Shown one piece after another: positions 45,743 through 55,726 of a DNA stretch of 64,000 nt. Positions within the stretch are counted from its first letter, which is position 1. The number at the start of each line of letters is the position of its first letter. The translations under genes and the position numbers were made by a program. Source of the DNA: a virus; the IMG/VR virus record IMGVR_UViG_3300046458_000091, positions 18,802 through 82,801 of that record; one strand, written 5' to 3'. The notes under the pieces were generated by a model that saw only the letters and a program-made list of their open reading frames with translations, did no database searches and was not told where the DNA came from.

Positions 45743-48565
45743 TTACATGCTGATGCCGCCCCCGGCGACGTGGGCAATCTTGCGGTCATCGACGGTCTGC
45801 GTCAGCGGCGCATTCATCTGAATAGTCGGGTTGGCCGCTGGCTTGCTCGGCGCCATCATCGGCTTTTCAACGGCCGGAGTCGGCGCCAGCTTCATGAGGC
45901 CAGCGTCTGGCGCTGGCGCGGTGTACGACGGCGCCGCCAGGGATGCCACGCTGACCGGCGCGCCCAGGTTAAGCCCGGCCGGTGCTGGCGCTGTGGTCGG
46001 CGCTGCCATGATGCCCACTGTTCCCGCACCCATACCCGTCGCCGCAGGCCCCGCGATGCCGCTTGCTGGCGCTGCTGGCGTCACACCCATAGCAGCGGTG
46101 CCCTTGACCTTCGCCATTGTGTCAGCAATCGCTGAGGACGCTGCTGGCGGGGCTTGCACGCGCACATCAGTGCCGATGCGTGCTGGCGTCAGGTCACCGG
46201 CCTTGGCTTGCTCCAGGTACTTGCCGTATTTGCCCTGGACGTCATCCAGACCATTGAGCCCGCCGTTTGTCTTCCTGCGCGCGCCCACCAGGTCACCCGC
46301 CTGCGCGGCCTTGTCGGCGCCGGACGTCTTCCAGTGCTGTACAGCGATCTGCGCGGAATACTTGGGGTCCATGGCCAGGTCAGGGTTGTTCACCAGGTCA
46401 ACGCCCAGTTTCTTGCCCATCTCTTCGTATTGGGCCTTGCCGGTCAGCTGGATGGCGCCACGGCCACGGTACTTGTACCCGTCACCGGCCTCAGTGTTGC
46501 CCATCCGGCCGCCGTAGACCTTGTTTGCAATGGCTTCCTTGTTCCCCGCGTCGGCCTGGGCCTCTTCGTCGGTCTTGTAGTACTTGGGGAATACCTCGCG
46601 CAGGCGCTTGGCGCTGTAGTTGAGGTTTTCCTCATTCTTGGTGAAGCCACCCGATTCGTGGTCAACGTTGGCCATGAGCGCGGCCTTTGACTGCGGGTCA
46701 GTGATGCCCCCGGCGTCCATGGCCTTAATCATCTGGTCTTTGGCAGCGTTCGAACCGCCTGTGTAGGCGCCACCTGTAGCCGTATTGAGCAGGTTCTTAC
46801 CGGAGTCCACGACCGATGTGGCTTTCTCGCCCACATAGTCCTTGGCGTCTTGGTACTTCTCGGCAATGGTGTCACCGACCGCTGATACGGCGTCGGTGGC
46901 CTTGTTCCAGGTGTCTTTGGCCCAATCCGCCATGCCGCTGAAGGTGTCGCCCAGGCTGGAAAACACCTTCGTGCCGATGTCCAGAAGGCCTGACCAGCCC
47001 TTCTTAATCGAATCGAAGGCGCCCGTGGCCATCTCCACGGCGCCCTCTTTGAAGCTGGTGAAGGCTTTCCCCACAATGTCCGGGATGCCCTTCAGGTCTA
47101 CCCCGGCCAGCCAGGTGCCGACCATCTCCCCCAGCTTGTCGCCGATCATGGCGCCAGCAATGGCACCGGCAGGCCCGCCCAGCATGCCTACAACACCGCC
47201 GACCATGCCGCCTACGCCGCTGCCGACGTTGGCGTATTTGTTCTTCTTGTTTTCCTCGGGGCTCAGGTCCGGGTCATCGTCGGCCATGGCGTCACTGGCG
47301 ATCATTGCGCCGCCCAGCAAGGCACCGATCAGGGGCAGCTTTTTGAGCAAGCCCTTGGCGCCAGACATAAGGCCGCCGCCCACCCGGCCCGCAGCTCCAC
47401 GCACCCCACCAGCTGCCCCACCAGGCGCGCCCGGCGCAGCTCTTGTGCCACGACGTCCACCGCCAGCCCCTGCGGCCGCTTCAGCATCAGCAGCGGCAGC
47501 ACCAGGCCCGGCACCGGCACGGCGTGCAGCCCTGGCCTCAGCGGAACTACGGCGGCCCGGCCCGGCGCCCTCACCTACTGGCGAACCGGCACCCGCAGCG
47601 CCGCGACCAGCTCGACCGGCACGGCCACCACCAGCGGCTCCAGCGCCTGCCCCGCCCCTACGACCGCCGCCAAGGCCAGCAAGGCGTGCTGCGCCCTTGG
47701 CCAGACCTGCCAGGCCCGCCAAAGCGCGCATACCGCCCAGCAGCCTGCCAAGAGCCTTGATCGGCGCCAGAATCATGCCAAGCAAGCCCATGAGCGCGGT
47801 CATCATCAAACCGTTACCGCCGCCACCCTTCTTGTCGCCCTTTACGGCGTTCCAGATGCGGCGATACCACGACACGCTTTCAGCCTGGCGCTTGTCTTCA
47901 CCGCCCCGGCCCATGCCGAACAGGCGGCCCAGTGGCTTAATGGCCCCGGCAATAGGCGAAACGATGCCGCCCAGCTCCTTGGCAGCCTGAACTGAGGGGT
48001 CGATACCATCGGCGCCGTGGGCGATGCCCGACGCGGCATTGCGCGCCGACTCGCCTACCGCGCTCAGACGTTGGTGGCCACCACTGCCGCTATGGGCGTC
48101 TGGCGGACTGCCCGGGCCGTCCGCGCGGCTGCTCTCGCCCCGCAGGAATCGGCCTTTGTTGTCACGTTGGGCGCTGGATGTGTCACGGCTAGCCCGTGCC
48201 GGGGCCGCGCCTGGCTCAGCAGGTTTACGCGGCGCCCGGGCTGGGCGGCGTGCGTCATTGGCTGCATCGGCAGCGTTGATTCTGCCCGGCTGGCCAGCGC
48301 CTGGCCCGGACGGCTGGCGCATGCCTGGGCCCAGGGGGATCACCACCGGGCTCGGGCGACGGTTCGCTACACTGCGGCTTGGCTCAGGCGGCAGCCGGGA
48401 GGCGGATTGCCCTAGGTTGCGCGCGATGGCGCCCAGGGTGGCCACGGTCTTCTGGGTGTCCTGGCGGATTGCACGCAGTATTGCGATGTCGTGCGTGATC
48501 TTGTCCAGGTCGTCAGCAGCCTTGGGGCCGACCAGAAAGCCGTTCTCATCATGATTGGTCGCCAT
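45743..48565 (-). CDS. Tape measure protein with GH19 (chitinase/lysozyme) domain
   Basis: 940 aa G/A-rich; HESGGF...EENLNYS, YGGRMGN...DGYKYRGRG.IQLTGK. Confidence 0.85.
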   Translation of the reverse strand: MATNHDENGFLVGPKAADDLDKITHDIAILRAIRQDTQKTVATLGAIARNLGQSASRLPPEPSRSVANRRPSPVVIPLGPGMRQPSGPGAGQPGRINAADAANDARRPARAPRKPAEPGAAPARASRDTSSAQRDNKGRFLRGESSRADGPGSPPDAHSGSGGHQRLSAVGESARNAASGIAHGADGIDPSVQAAKELGGIVSPIAGAIKPLGRLFGMGRGGEDKRQAESVSWYRRIWNAVKGDKKGGGGNGLMMTALMGLLGMILAPIKALGRLLGGMRALAGLAGLAKGAARLAGLGGGRRGGAGAGAAGGGRAGRAGRGAAGAGSPVGEGAGPGRRSSAEARAARRAGAGPGAAAADAEAAAGAGGGRRGTRAAPGAPGGAAGGVRGAAGRVGGGLMSGAKGLLKKLPLIGALLGGAMIASDAMADDDPDLSPEENKKNKYANVGSGVGGMVGGVVGMLGGPAGAIAGAMIGDKLGEMVGTWLAGVDLKGIPDIVGKAFTSFKEGAVEMATGAFDSIKKGWSGLLDIGTKVFSSLGDTFSGMADWAKDTWNKATDAVSAVGDTIAEKYQDAKDYVGEKATSVVDSGKNLLNTATGGAYTGGSNAAKDQMIKAMDAGGITDPQSKAALMANVDHESGGFTKNEENLNYSAKRLREVFPKYYKTDEEAQADAGNKEAIANKVYGGRMGNTEAGDGYKYRGRGAIQLTGKAQYEEMGKKLGVDLVNNPDLAMDPKYSAQIAVQHWKTSGADKAAQAGDLVGARRKTNGGLNGLDDVQGKYGKYLEQAKAGDLTPARIGTDVRVQAPPAASSAIADTMAKVKGTAAMGVTPAAPASGIAGPAATGMGAGTVGIMAAPTTAPAPAGLNLGAPVSVASLAAPSYTAPAPDAGLMKLAPTPAVEKPMMAPSKPAANPTIQMNAPLTQTVDDRKIAHVAGGGISM

Positions 48566-48567
48566 GG

Positions 48568-49488
48568 TCAGACCGTCCTGATGACGCTACGGACGACATC
48601 CATGCCTTTCGACAGAATCCCCGCCGTCTTCTTGGTTTCCGGCTTTTCCTCAGCTGCGGCGGTGTCGTCCGGCAGTACTGCTCTGTCGAAGCGAACGGCG
48701 CTATCCAGCATCATCGCCGCACGGTCAGGCGTGAACATGCTCCCGCGCTGGAGCTGGGTCGGGTCCACGCTGTCGAGCATCGCCCCGGGGTGGCCAGCGG
48801 CCTTGTAGGTGTCGAGTTTCTTCATCAGCCGGGCGTTGAGGTCCACCAGGTCGTCATTCATCTGGCACTGGTGCAGGTAGTTGGCGCTCATCTCGGCGGC
48901 CACCTTCTCGTGCCCGGAAATGACCTGTTCGACGCTATCCATCATCGCCGCGTATTCAGCCGCGAAGCCTTCAGACTCCAGCTCAAGGCCGCTGGCGTCG
49001 GCGCTGTCCAGCATCGCGTCATAGCCACGGTTCGTGTCGTAGTTCGGGGTTTGAACGAAGTCCATGCCGTGGAAGGTCTTCGGCGTGCGCTTGCCGTTTT
49101 CCTCTGGGGCGTGGAACACAGAGCTGAAGCCATAGGCTTTGCTGTCGAACAGACGGGCGGCGATACGGCCCGGGGAGTTGTCCAGGAATTCCTGATTGTG
49201 CTGCAACGTGCCGTCCGGCATGCACTTGATGAACACCGTACGTACGCACGGCTCCAGGACCACGACCTTACCGCCCTCAATGGCAGTCTCTGGGACCTTC
49301 AGGCCGTACTTGACCCGAAACCCGTGGCCGAAGTAGCCATAGATATCGCCCTTGCGCACCAGCTCTTGGATGGCAGGCCCGTTGAGTACCGCCATGGCGG
49401 CACCGATATCAATATCACGATCCTGGCCGCCGTAGCTGCGCCCGCGATCATTCAAGTTGTAGGTGATGACACCCGTACGCTTACCCAT
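48568..49488 (-). CDS. Prohead protease (P1 Pro-like)
   Basis: GYFGH, GFSS, F.G.D.V..PNY; directly after the portal gene. Confidence 0.75.
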   Translation of the reverse strand: MGKRTGVITYNLNDRGRSYGGQDRDIDIGAAMAVLNGPAIQELVRKGDIYGYFGHGFRVKYGLKVPETAIEGGKVVVLEPCVRTVFIKCMPDGTLQHNQEFLDNSPGRIAARLFDSKAYGFSSVFHAPEENGKRTPKTFHGMDFVQTPNYDTNRGYDAMLDSADASGLELESEGFAAEYAAMMDSVEQVISGHEKVAAEMSANYLHQCQMNDDLVDLNARLMKKLDTYKAAGHPGAMLDSVDPTQLQRGSMFTPDRAAMMLDSAVRFDRAVLPDDTAAAEEKPETKKTAGILSKGMDVVRSVIRTV

Positions 49489-51056
49489 TATTCCTGCCCC
49501 TCATCGCCGCCCGGTAGCGGGCTATCGCCAAACCCGCCGCCACCGTCAGGGGCTGGCGGCTTGGCGTCTTTAATGCCTTTGGCGAAAACCTTCGCCTTGT
49601 CGCTGTCTACTTCCATCATTCCGGCCATGAACTGCTCGCACACGTCCTCAGGCAGGCCCATGGTGCGCATCAGGTCCATGCCCTGGAGCAACATCACGCC
49701 GCCGCTGATAGCGCGCTCACGGCTGGCCTGTTTCTCTGCCTCAAGGGCCGCGATAGAGCCAAAGAAATTGACGTCATACGGGCGCTCATCGTCCGCCCAG
49801 CACTTGCCGTCCTTGGCCAGCATGTGGCGGTCGATGATGTCGTTAACCATGGCCATGAAGGCCGTGCGGATGATCCTGGAGCGCTCGGCGGCCTGGCTGC
49901 TGGTGCGGTTAAACCCGCCCTCGCCCAGCCCCCCGGTCAGCTGATCGGCGAAGCCAACCATGGACAGATCGATACCCATGGTCCCCGCGAGCTTGCGCGC
50001 GCAGTACATGAGGTCTTCGATGTTGGCGCCCGCGCCGGAGTTAGAACCGCCCTGAAACGAGCTGATTTGCGTGAGCTGCTTTTCGCGAAACGTCGGCATG
50101 ATGTGGAAGTTGCGCGACGTGGCGTAGGTGCCGGTCCTAACCGCTTCCTCAGCCCGGTCTTTCATCGTCTGAAGCATCTTCTCCAGCGAGTCCATGAACG
50201 TTTTCTGTTGCTGGGCGGTCATGTCGGAGAGGTCGGCGCCAATCATCGTTTCGTCAATGGAACCGGCGATGCGCTGGCCAACCATGCCCCGGGAGACGGA
50301 CAACAGGTTGTCGTAGTCCGTTTCTGCGGCCTCCAGGAACGAGCCGCCCACCATGTCGGCCAACGGCATCATCTCTGCCGGGTCGTCGGTCTCCAGGTTG
50401 ACACGCTGGGCATTCTCGATAGCCCGCATCTGCGGCAGGTACACCATGCGCGGCATGCGCATGCGGACCATATCCAGGTGGTTGAACCGGCACTGCATCT
50501 TGGGCCCCAGGCTCACGACGTAGCCCACGGTCTGGCCCAGCTCCATATAGGGCTGCACCAGCGGCGAATACGGGGTTTCGGAGTCCAGGGCGATCAGGCC
50601 CACGCCTTTCTCTGTGTAGAGGCGGGCGAAGGCGTCACCGAAGGCGGTGGCCTTGAAGCAGATCCCGTGCGCGTGCTTGTTCAGGATCTTGGCGATGAAC
50701 TGGAGTTCGTCTACCAGCTTCTTGTCGGCGGCCGAAGCGTTGGGCTTGGCCTCGATAAAGATGGTCTCACCGGTCGTTTCATGGCCGCCCAGGGCCATCT
50801 GCACATGCAGGCGCAGGATCGTGCTGATAAGCCCGTCCCCCACCATGTACTGCCACTTCGTGTAAATGGCCGAACGCGAGCGAGCCGGGTGCTGGTTCGA
50901 TCCCAGCAGCATTTCCACGCCCACATAGTCGGCGTCGAACGTCGCGACCCCTTGCAGCTTCAAATCAGGGGACGTGTTCACGTCGCCCATCAGCTGCTTT
51001 GAGAGGCTCGCGAGTGACCCCAGCAAGCTTTTTTTCGCTTTCTTAACGTCAGCCAT
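49488..51056 (-). CDS. Portal protein (P1 Prt-like)
   Basis: 522 aa; GGSFLE.A, GFADQLTGGLGEGGF.RTS.QAA. Confidence 0.8.
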   Translation of the reverse strand: MADVKKAKKSLLGSLASLSKQLMGDVNTSPDLKLQGVATFDADYVGVEMLLGSNQHPARSRSAIYTKWQYMVGDGLISTILRLHVQMALGGHETTGETIFIEAKPNASAADKKLVDELQFIAKILNKHAHGICFKATAFGDAFARLYTEKGVGLIALDSETPYSPLVQPYMELGQTVGYVVSLGPKMQCRFNHLDMVRMRMPRMVYLPQMRAIENAQRVNLETDDPAEMMPLADMVGGSFLEAAETDYDNLLSVSRGMVGQRIAGSIDETMIGADLSDMTAQQQKTFMDSLEKMLQTMKDRAEEAVRTGTYATSRNFHIMPTFREKQLTQISSFQGGSNSGAGANIEDLMYCARKLAGTMGIDLSMVGFADQLTGGLGEGGFNRTSSQAAERSRIIRTAFMAMVNDIIDRHMLAKDGKCWADDERPYDVNFFGSIAALEAEKQASRERAISGGVMLLQGMDLMRTMGLPEDVCEQFMAGMMEVDSDKAKVFAKGIKDAKPPAPDGGGGFGDSPLPGGDEGQE

Positions 51057-51134
51057 TGTGTGTACGCATAAGTCCCATTTGGGAAACAGCGTACAGGCGC
51101 AAAAAGCCCTGATTTGACGGGGCTTTGCACGGTT

Positions 51135-51647
51135 TTACGGGGGTGTCAGACCGCTGGTTTCGGGCTCATCTGGGCGCGGGCTGAGCAGGTACAGGCGGGT
51201 GTATGGCGGGATGTTCAGATTGCCGGTCACATCGACGATTTCATAGTTCAGCAACAGGTTGCCGCCCATGAACAAGGTGACCAACATTCGCTTGGCGGGC
51301 TGCACATAACCTTCCGCGCCCGGGTTGGGGATTTGCTCGATAGACGCCTGGATATCGCCCGTTGGGTAGTTCAGGCGCGTTCCGTCGTCCGATGTGTTGC
51401 CAAGGTCAGGCGCGAACGGCTCAGCGAACACTACCCGGCCTTCGCAGGCGTACACCCACGAATAGTTGACCTCATCTTCGTCACTGATCATGCCCGCCCC
51501 GCCCAGCGTCGGGCTGCCATCAAAGGCGCTGCTGTCTGACTCGCGGTCAACCTGCTTTGTGTATAGCGCGCAGTCGATGGCGTTGGCGTCCCGCAGCGTG
51601 CGCTGGCGGTTTGCGCGGTTGACCTGGATAGCCACGTTGTTAAGCAC
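51135..51647 (-). CDS. Head-tail connector-type protein
   Basis: Late operon gene; TLGG.G.....DE. Confidence 0.5.
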   Translation of the reverse strand: MLNNVAIQVNRANRQRTLRDANAIDCALYTKQVDRESDSSAFDGSPTLGGAGMISDEDEVNYSWVYACEGRVVFAEPFAPDLGNTSDDGTRLNYPTGDIQASIEQIPNPGAEGYVQPAKRMLVTLFMGGNLLLNYEIVDVTGNLNIPPYTRLYLLSPRPDEPETSGLTPP

Positions 51648-51696
51648 TTTAACTCCTTAACTCTTTAGAGTTTTAACTCTTAAACTCTTTAACTCT
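51648..51696. repeat. Octamer array
   Basis: tttaactccttaactctttagagttttaactcttaaactctttaactct. Confidence 0.75.
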
Positions 51697-52756
51697 GCGC
51701 ATTGTCGGCGGCAGCGATGGCGACACGCGCGGCCTGCTCGGTATAGCCCAGGCGCATCATGGCTTTAATCTTCTTGTCCATCGGCACCGGCTTATTGACC
51801 TTGGCCGCGTGGGTCTTGCGTAGCGATTCGTTGGCGGCCTTCACCCTGGCCGCCGACCGCACCGCCTCAGCCGGTTGCGCGCCCCTGGCCACCCGCTTCT
51901 CTTCCGTGGTGCGCACCTGCTTGGCCCGACTGCGCACCGCCGCCGCGTCCTTCAGGAACTGCTGCTGTTCCTTCACCGTCATGATCTGCTGCTTGCCGCC
52001 CAGGGTCTTGCGCCCGTGCTCGATCATGCGTTGGGCAAACCGATTGAACAGCGGCCCGTGGGACAGCGTGGCCATGACCCTCAGAACGTGCTTGCAGGCC
52101 ACCCCGTACAGCTTGGGGTTGCGCACGCGGGGGAAGCCGTCTTCAGATCGGCCATAGTTGAAGTTACCGATGCTGGCGATGTAGCGATACCAGAAGGTAT
52201 GGCGCCGACAGTCGCAGTCAAACTTGATCTTGCCCTTGGCCAGCTGCTTGGCAGCCTCTGCGGCCGGTAGCCCACCGGACAGCGCCGCGTCGTAGGCCAG
52301 GAACTGTACCCACACGTAGTGGCGCGATACGTCGCTGTTGGGGCCTGCATTGGTCTGGAACTGGACGGCGCCCGCGCGGTTGGCCACCGGCACGGCCATG
52401 TGAATCTCTTTGTTCGCCCGGTCGCGGTCGCCGGACGCCGACAGGTCAATGACCTTTTTAGCCAGGATGCCGCCCGATGAGCTGGCGCCGTTCTGGCCAT
52501 GGATGCGCTGCACATCCCGTACGGCGGCCTTGAATGCCTTGATGTCGTCGAAGGTAAGCATGCGGGGCTTACCGTCGATAGTGGTAAACAGCCCCCGCTT
52601 AGGCTCGTACAGGCCGCCCAGGTCGTCGGCGGACAGAATCTTGTCCTGATCCCCCAACCGGCGCTTGAGGTCGTGCTCAAACGATAGCCTGGCTTCTTTG
52701 CCCGCCTTCGACGCCGCCTGTATCAGCGCGTCCCGGTCCAGATCCTTGCCCGCCAT
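51689..52756 (-). CDS. P1 gp25-like protein with SWIM zinc finger
   Basis: FDCDCRRH.FWYRY...P..RNP.L.GVACKHVLRV. Confidence 0.7.
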   Translation of the reverse strand: MAGKDLDRDALIQAASKAGKEARLSFEHDLKRRLGDQDKILSADDLGGLYEPKRGLFTTIDGKPRMLTFDDIKAFKAAVRDVQRIHGQNGASSSGGILAKKVIDLSASGDRDRANKEIHMAVPVANRAGAVQFQTNAGPNSDVSRHYVWVQFLAYDAALSGGLPAAEAAKQLAKGKIKFDCDCRRHTFWYRYIASIGNFNYGRSEDGFPRVRNPKLYGVACKHVLRVMATLSHGPLFNRFAQRMIEHGRKTLGGKQQIMTVKEQQQFLKDAAAVRSRAKQVRTTEEKRVARGAQPAEAVRSAARVKAANESLRKTHAAKVNKPVPMDKKIKAMMRLGYTEQAARVAIAAADNAQS

Positions 52757-53052
52757 CAGCGCACAGACTGCGTAGTCGTTGTGATACCGCAGCGCTCTTT
52801 GAGGTAGCGCAGGTATTCAACGGTTGGCAAGGTAAGGTCTTGTTCCTTCAGGGGCGAGTCAACAGTCGATAGGCCCGCCGCCGCCAGGATCACCCGCGTC
52901 TCTGTCGGGTCTTTGAACGCACGCAGCGCCACCGCCGACAGGTTGTATCTGTCGGTGGGCACGGTGCGGATAACTTGGCAATTGCTGGAGTACGGCGGTT
53001 CTGTATTCGCGAACCGGCGCAGCTCTCGGTAAAAACGCGCTTCTTCGATCAT
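52756..53052 (-). CDS. Small baseplate protein (P1 gp26/LysM-like)
   Basis: D.Y.L..VA.R.......V..AAAGL......L.LP. Confidence 0.6.
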   Translation of the reverse strand: MIEEARFYRELRRFANTEPPYSSNCQVIRTVPTDRYNLSAVALRAFKDPTETRVILAAAGLSTVDSPLKEQDLTLPTVEYLRYLKERCGITTTTQSVR

Positions 53053-53138
53053 GGCCAAACCCAAAATAACGTCGGGCAATGGTCACATGGGATATAGAGG
53101 GCGGCAGGCAGTGGGTTTGCATGCCGTGGAGGCGGGAG

Positions 53139-53363
53139 TTATTCGCGGGCCAGCTGCTCGCGCAGATCCTTGGCAGCCTGGGCCAGGTCTTTGGAGCGCT
53201 TCGCCGCCAAGGCGCTTTGACGCTCCAGGGCGATGATGACCATGGCCATCTGGCGGGGCGGCACCGTCTTACCCCAGCCGTATACGGTCTGGAAGCTCAG
53301 ATTAAGCGCTGCCGCAATTTCCTTCTTGTTACCGATCAGCTCAACGAGCCTTTGCACTTCCAT
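53139..53363 (-). CDS. Cro-like HTH protein
   Basis: GNKKEIAAALNLSFQTVYGWGKTVP. Confidence 0.75.
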   Translation of the reverse strand: MEVQRLVELIGNKKEIAAALNLSFQTVYGWGKTVPPRQMAMVIIALERQSALAAKRSKDLAQAAKDLREQLARE

Positions 53364-53461
53364 ACCAACCCCGAACAAAACAACAGCAACTCAAACAGAT
53401 TATTCAGTCTACCAGAAAAGCAAAACCCGCCGTGTGAGGCGGGTTCTAGAGCTGCTGGCGG

Positions 53462-53926
53462 TCAGTCGCAGCTGATCGATACCGGGAACTTGCCGTACAT
53501 GTCCTTTACGACGTGCAGGGCCGCCCGCACGCCCTTGGCGAAGTCCTCAGTCATGACGTACGGCGTTCTGTCCTGGCCGATCTGCAACGTTGTGCCGGTG
53601 CGCGCGCCCTGCATCAGTTCGTTCACCTGGGCCAGGCGGGTAGCGTTCCACTGTTCCAGGTGGCGCACACCCTCGACCGACTCCGGCAGGTGGACTACTT
53701 GAGCCACCAGCGCCTTGAACTCTTCCACTGCCAGTTCGTAGTCGTCGAGCTGGTCCTCTCTGGCCAGGGGATGGTCAACACGACTGAACTGCTGGGCGAG
53801 CGCCTGGCTGGCGCCCACAACGGTCGCGATGACCCTGCGGCGAACCTGCGCCTGGGTCTCTGGATCTGCCGACTTGATCAGCAGGGAGACATCAGGGCTC
53901 TGCGGGTCCGGGGACTGCTCATTCAT
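53462..53926 (-). CDS. Hypothetical protein
   Basis: 154 aa, coupled to the LytTR gene. Confidence 0.65.
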   Translation of the reverse strand: MNEQSPDPQSPDVSLLIKSADPETQAQVRRRVIATVVGASQALAQQFSRVDHPLAREDQLDDYELAVEEFKALVAQVVHLPESVEGVRHLEQWNATRLAQVNELMQGARTGTTLQIGQDRTPYVMTEDFAKGVRAALHVVKDMYGKFPVSISCD

Positions 53927-54305
53927 TGGGGTTTTCCTCGGAAATTGGCGTTAAGTGTGGGGCTGCTTTGTTTCGTTCAACGAGCGCAGCAATGGGCTCG
54001 ATGCGAGCGCGGCGCGCCAGCGGATACGGCCCCACTGTCGTCACCACGGTACGGCCCACATCCAGCCCGTTGTTGTTCCGGTGCCAGCCGATAACGCTTG
54101 ATTCGCGCACCAGAACGCCCCGGCTGAGGCGGATAAGCCCGGAAACATTGGTCTCAACGTGTTTTAGGGTGATGTAGTTGGACAGCAGGTATTCCAGGCC
54201 GTCGCCTGTGACGCCGATCACATATTTATCGGACGCCTTAAAAATGGCGATGTCACTGGCTTTCAGGTGATGAGTTTGCCGGTCTCTGTAGGCTGAAATA
54301 ATCAA
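53919..54305 (-). CDS. Stand-alone LytTR DNA-binding protein
   Basis: I..F.A.DKYV...TLK..E.....IR..R..LV. Confidence 0.7.
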   Translation of the reverse strand: MIISAYRDRQTHHLKASDIAIFKASDKYVIGVTGDGLEYLLSNYITLKHVETNVSGLIRLSRGVLVRESSVIGWHRNNNGLDVGRTVVTTVGPYPLARRARIEPIAALVERNKAAPHLTPISEENPNE

Positions 54306-54471
54306 GGGCTCAAAACTCCTGGACTGGGCAAAAGGCCACTAAAAAACTATCCCTATACATTGTTGAGCCCAAAAAAACGCATTTCGAGGCCCAAAAACGC
54401 GATTGGCCCGAATTTACCACCCTTTACCATGCTCCAGACAAGCTGACGGGTGCCTGAACGGTTAGAAAGCT

Positions 54472-55227
54472 TCATTTCGGCGAATCCTCTGTGTTTGGCG
54501 CCCACAAAGCGCCATTCAGGTCACTGCGACCGAAACCCTGACACACCAGCTCTTGAGCCAGGTGACTGGCCATCTCGATTGTGACGCTGTTATCCGCTGT
54601 GTAGAGGGCCTCTTTCAGCGCGCTCACAAGCTCGGGATTCCTGGCTGCGGCGGTATAGTCGTATTCAGTCGCCGGAACTGTGGCAGCAGGGGCGCAGCAG
54701 CTGTCATAGAGCGCCTCGCAGATGCGGCGTGTAGGCGTAGAAGTGGTATTGCTTGTCCGCCCGGTTGCCTCCAGGGCAATGCGATACATGCGCTCAATGG
54801 CTTGCTCGCGGGCGGTCAGCTGTACAGCTGGTGGCTTTGGCTGGCGGGGCCGAAACTTGCTGTCGATACTGCAATACCGCTCTTGTTCAGCCGTGGCCAC
54901 CCAAATCAAGATGTGCTGACGCCCTACAGCGGTGATTTCCACCTCACCCCATACGCCTACGCCATTCAGCAGTTCGCACAGCGTGCCAGGTGGCGGTACA
55001 CCGGAGCCATCCCACTCGGGAGCGCGCGGCACCATCTCACCAGGAAAGGCGCCACGGAACTTGAACACGTCCCCTGACCACTCCCAGCCTGAAGCCTCGG
55101 TAGCAGTATTGAAGATGTCGCCGTGTACGCGGTAGAACGCCTCGGGAAGGACTCTTCCAAAGTACAGACCGGCAGGCGCCCAGTGGGTGGCGTTGTCCGG
55201 GCCGATATTCCAATCAGGCTTATTCAT
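54472..55227 (-). CDS. Hypothetical phage protein
   Basis: PDW...P..ATHW and WDGSG.PP.GT.CE motifs common in Pseudomonas phages. Confidence 0.65.
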   Translation of the reverse strand: MNKPDWNIGPDNATHWAPAGLYFGRVLPEAFYRVHGDIFNTATEASGWEWSGDVFKFRGAFPGEMVPRAPEWDGSGVPPPGTLCELLNGVGVWGEVEITAVGRQHILIWVATAEQERYCSIDSKFRPRQPKPPAVQLTAREQAIERMYRIALEATGRTSNTTSTPTRRICEALYDSCCAPAATVPATEYDYTAAARNPELVSALKEALYTADNSVTIEMASHLAQELVCQGFGRSDLNGALWAPNTEDSPK

Positions 55228-55726
55228 GGTGAGCAACCTTTGCGGCGGTGAGAGCCTTGAGCACGCCTGTGGAAAGGTCCGGCGAGAGTGCCGCCTTACT
55301 GCACAGCAACGCGAAGTCCAACAGCTCCGCATATCCAGGCGCCTGGCGGTAGCCCGCCTCAAACAGCTTGAGAGCGGTGTACCCTTGGTTTTCCCGCCAG
55401 TTCGCACTCATGACGTCGATCATTCCGGCAATCTGATGATTCTTTGCCTCTTCCTGCTCCAGATCGGCGGCTTGGATGACACTGAAACGTGACAAGGTGA
55501 TCTTGTCAGCAGGCGCCATAAGCTCTACACCCGCCTTCATGTCTGCCTGTACCGACGAGCCAAACGGCACGCGAACGACCTCGATCACCACCCAATGGCT
55601 GGACAGGTATTTGACGCGAGCATGTACCCAGGCCTTGAACCCTCCCGCGTAGCTGGAATGCACGTTGTACCCGCAGGTGGAACCCTGTGGCGGGAACCCT
55701 ACGCCGTCCCACAGCACTGTATCCAT
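55220..55726 (-). CDS. Hypothetical phage protein
   Basis: WDGVGFPPQGSTC...LFEAGYRQ; related to the neighbouring gene. Confidence 0.65.
   Translation of the reverse strand: MDTVLWDGVGFPPQGSTCGYNVHSSYAGGFKAWVHARVKYLSSHWVVIEVVRVPFGSSVQADMKAGVELMAPADKITLSRFSVIQAADLEQEEAKNHQIAGMIDVMSANWRENQGYTALKLFEAGYRQAPGYAELLDFALLCSKAALSPDLSTGVLKALTAAKVAHHE

Noticed and set aside
47380-47720. Gly/Ala/Arg low-complexity repeats
   Set aside because: Coding low-complexity segment of the tape measure protein, not a DNA element
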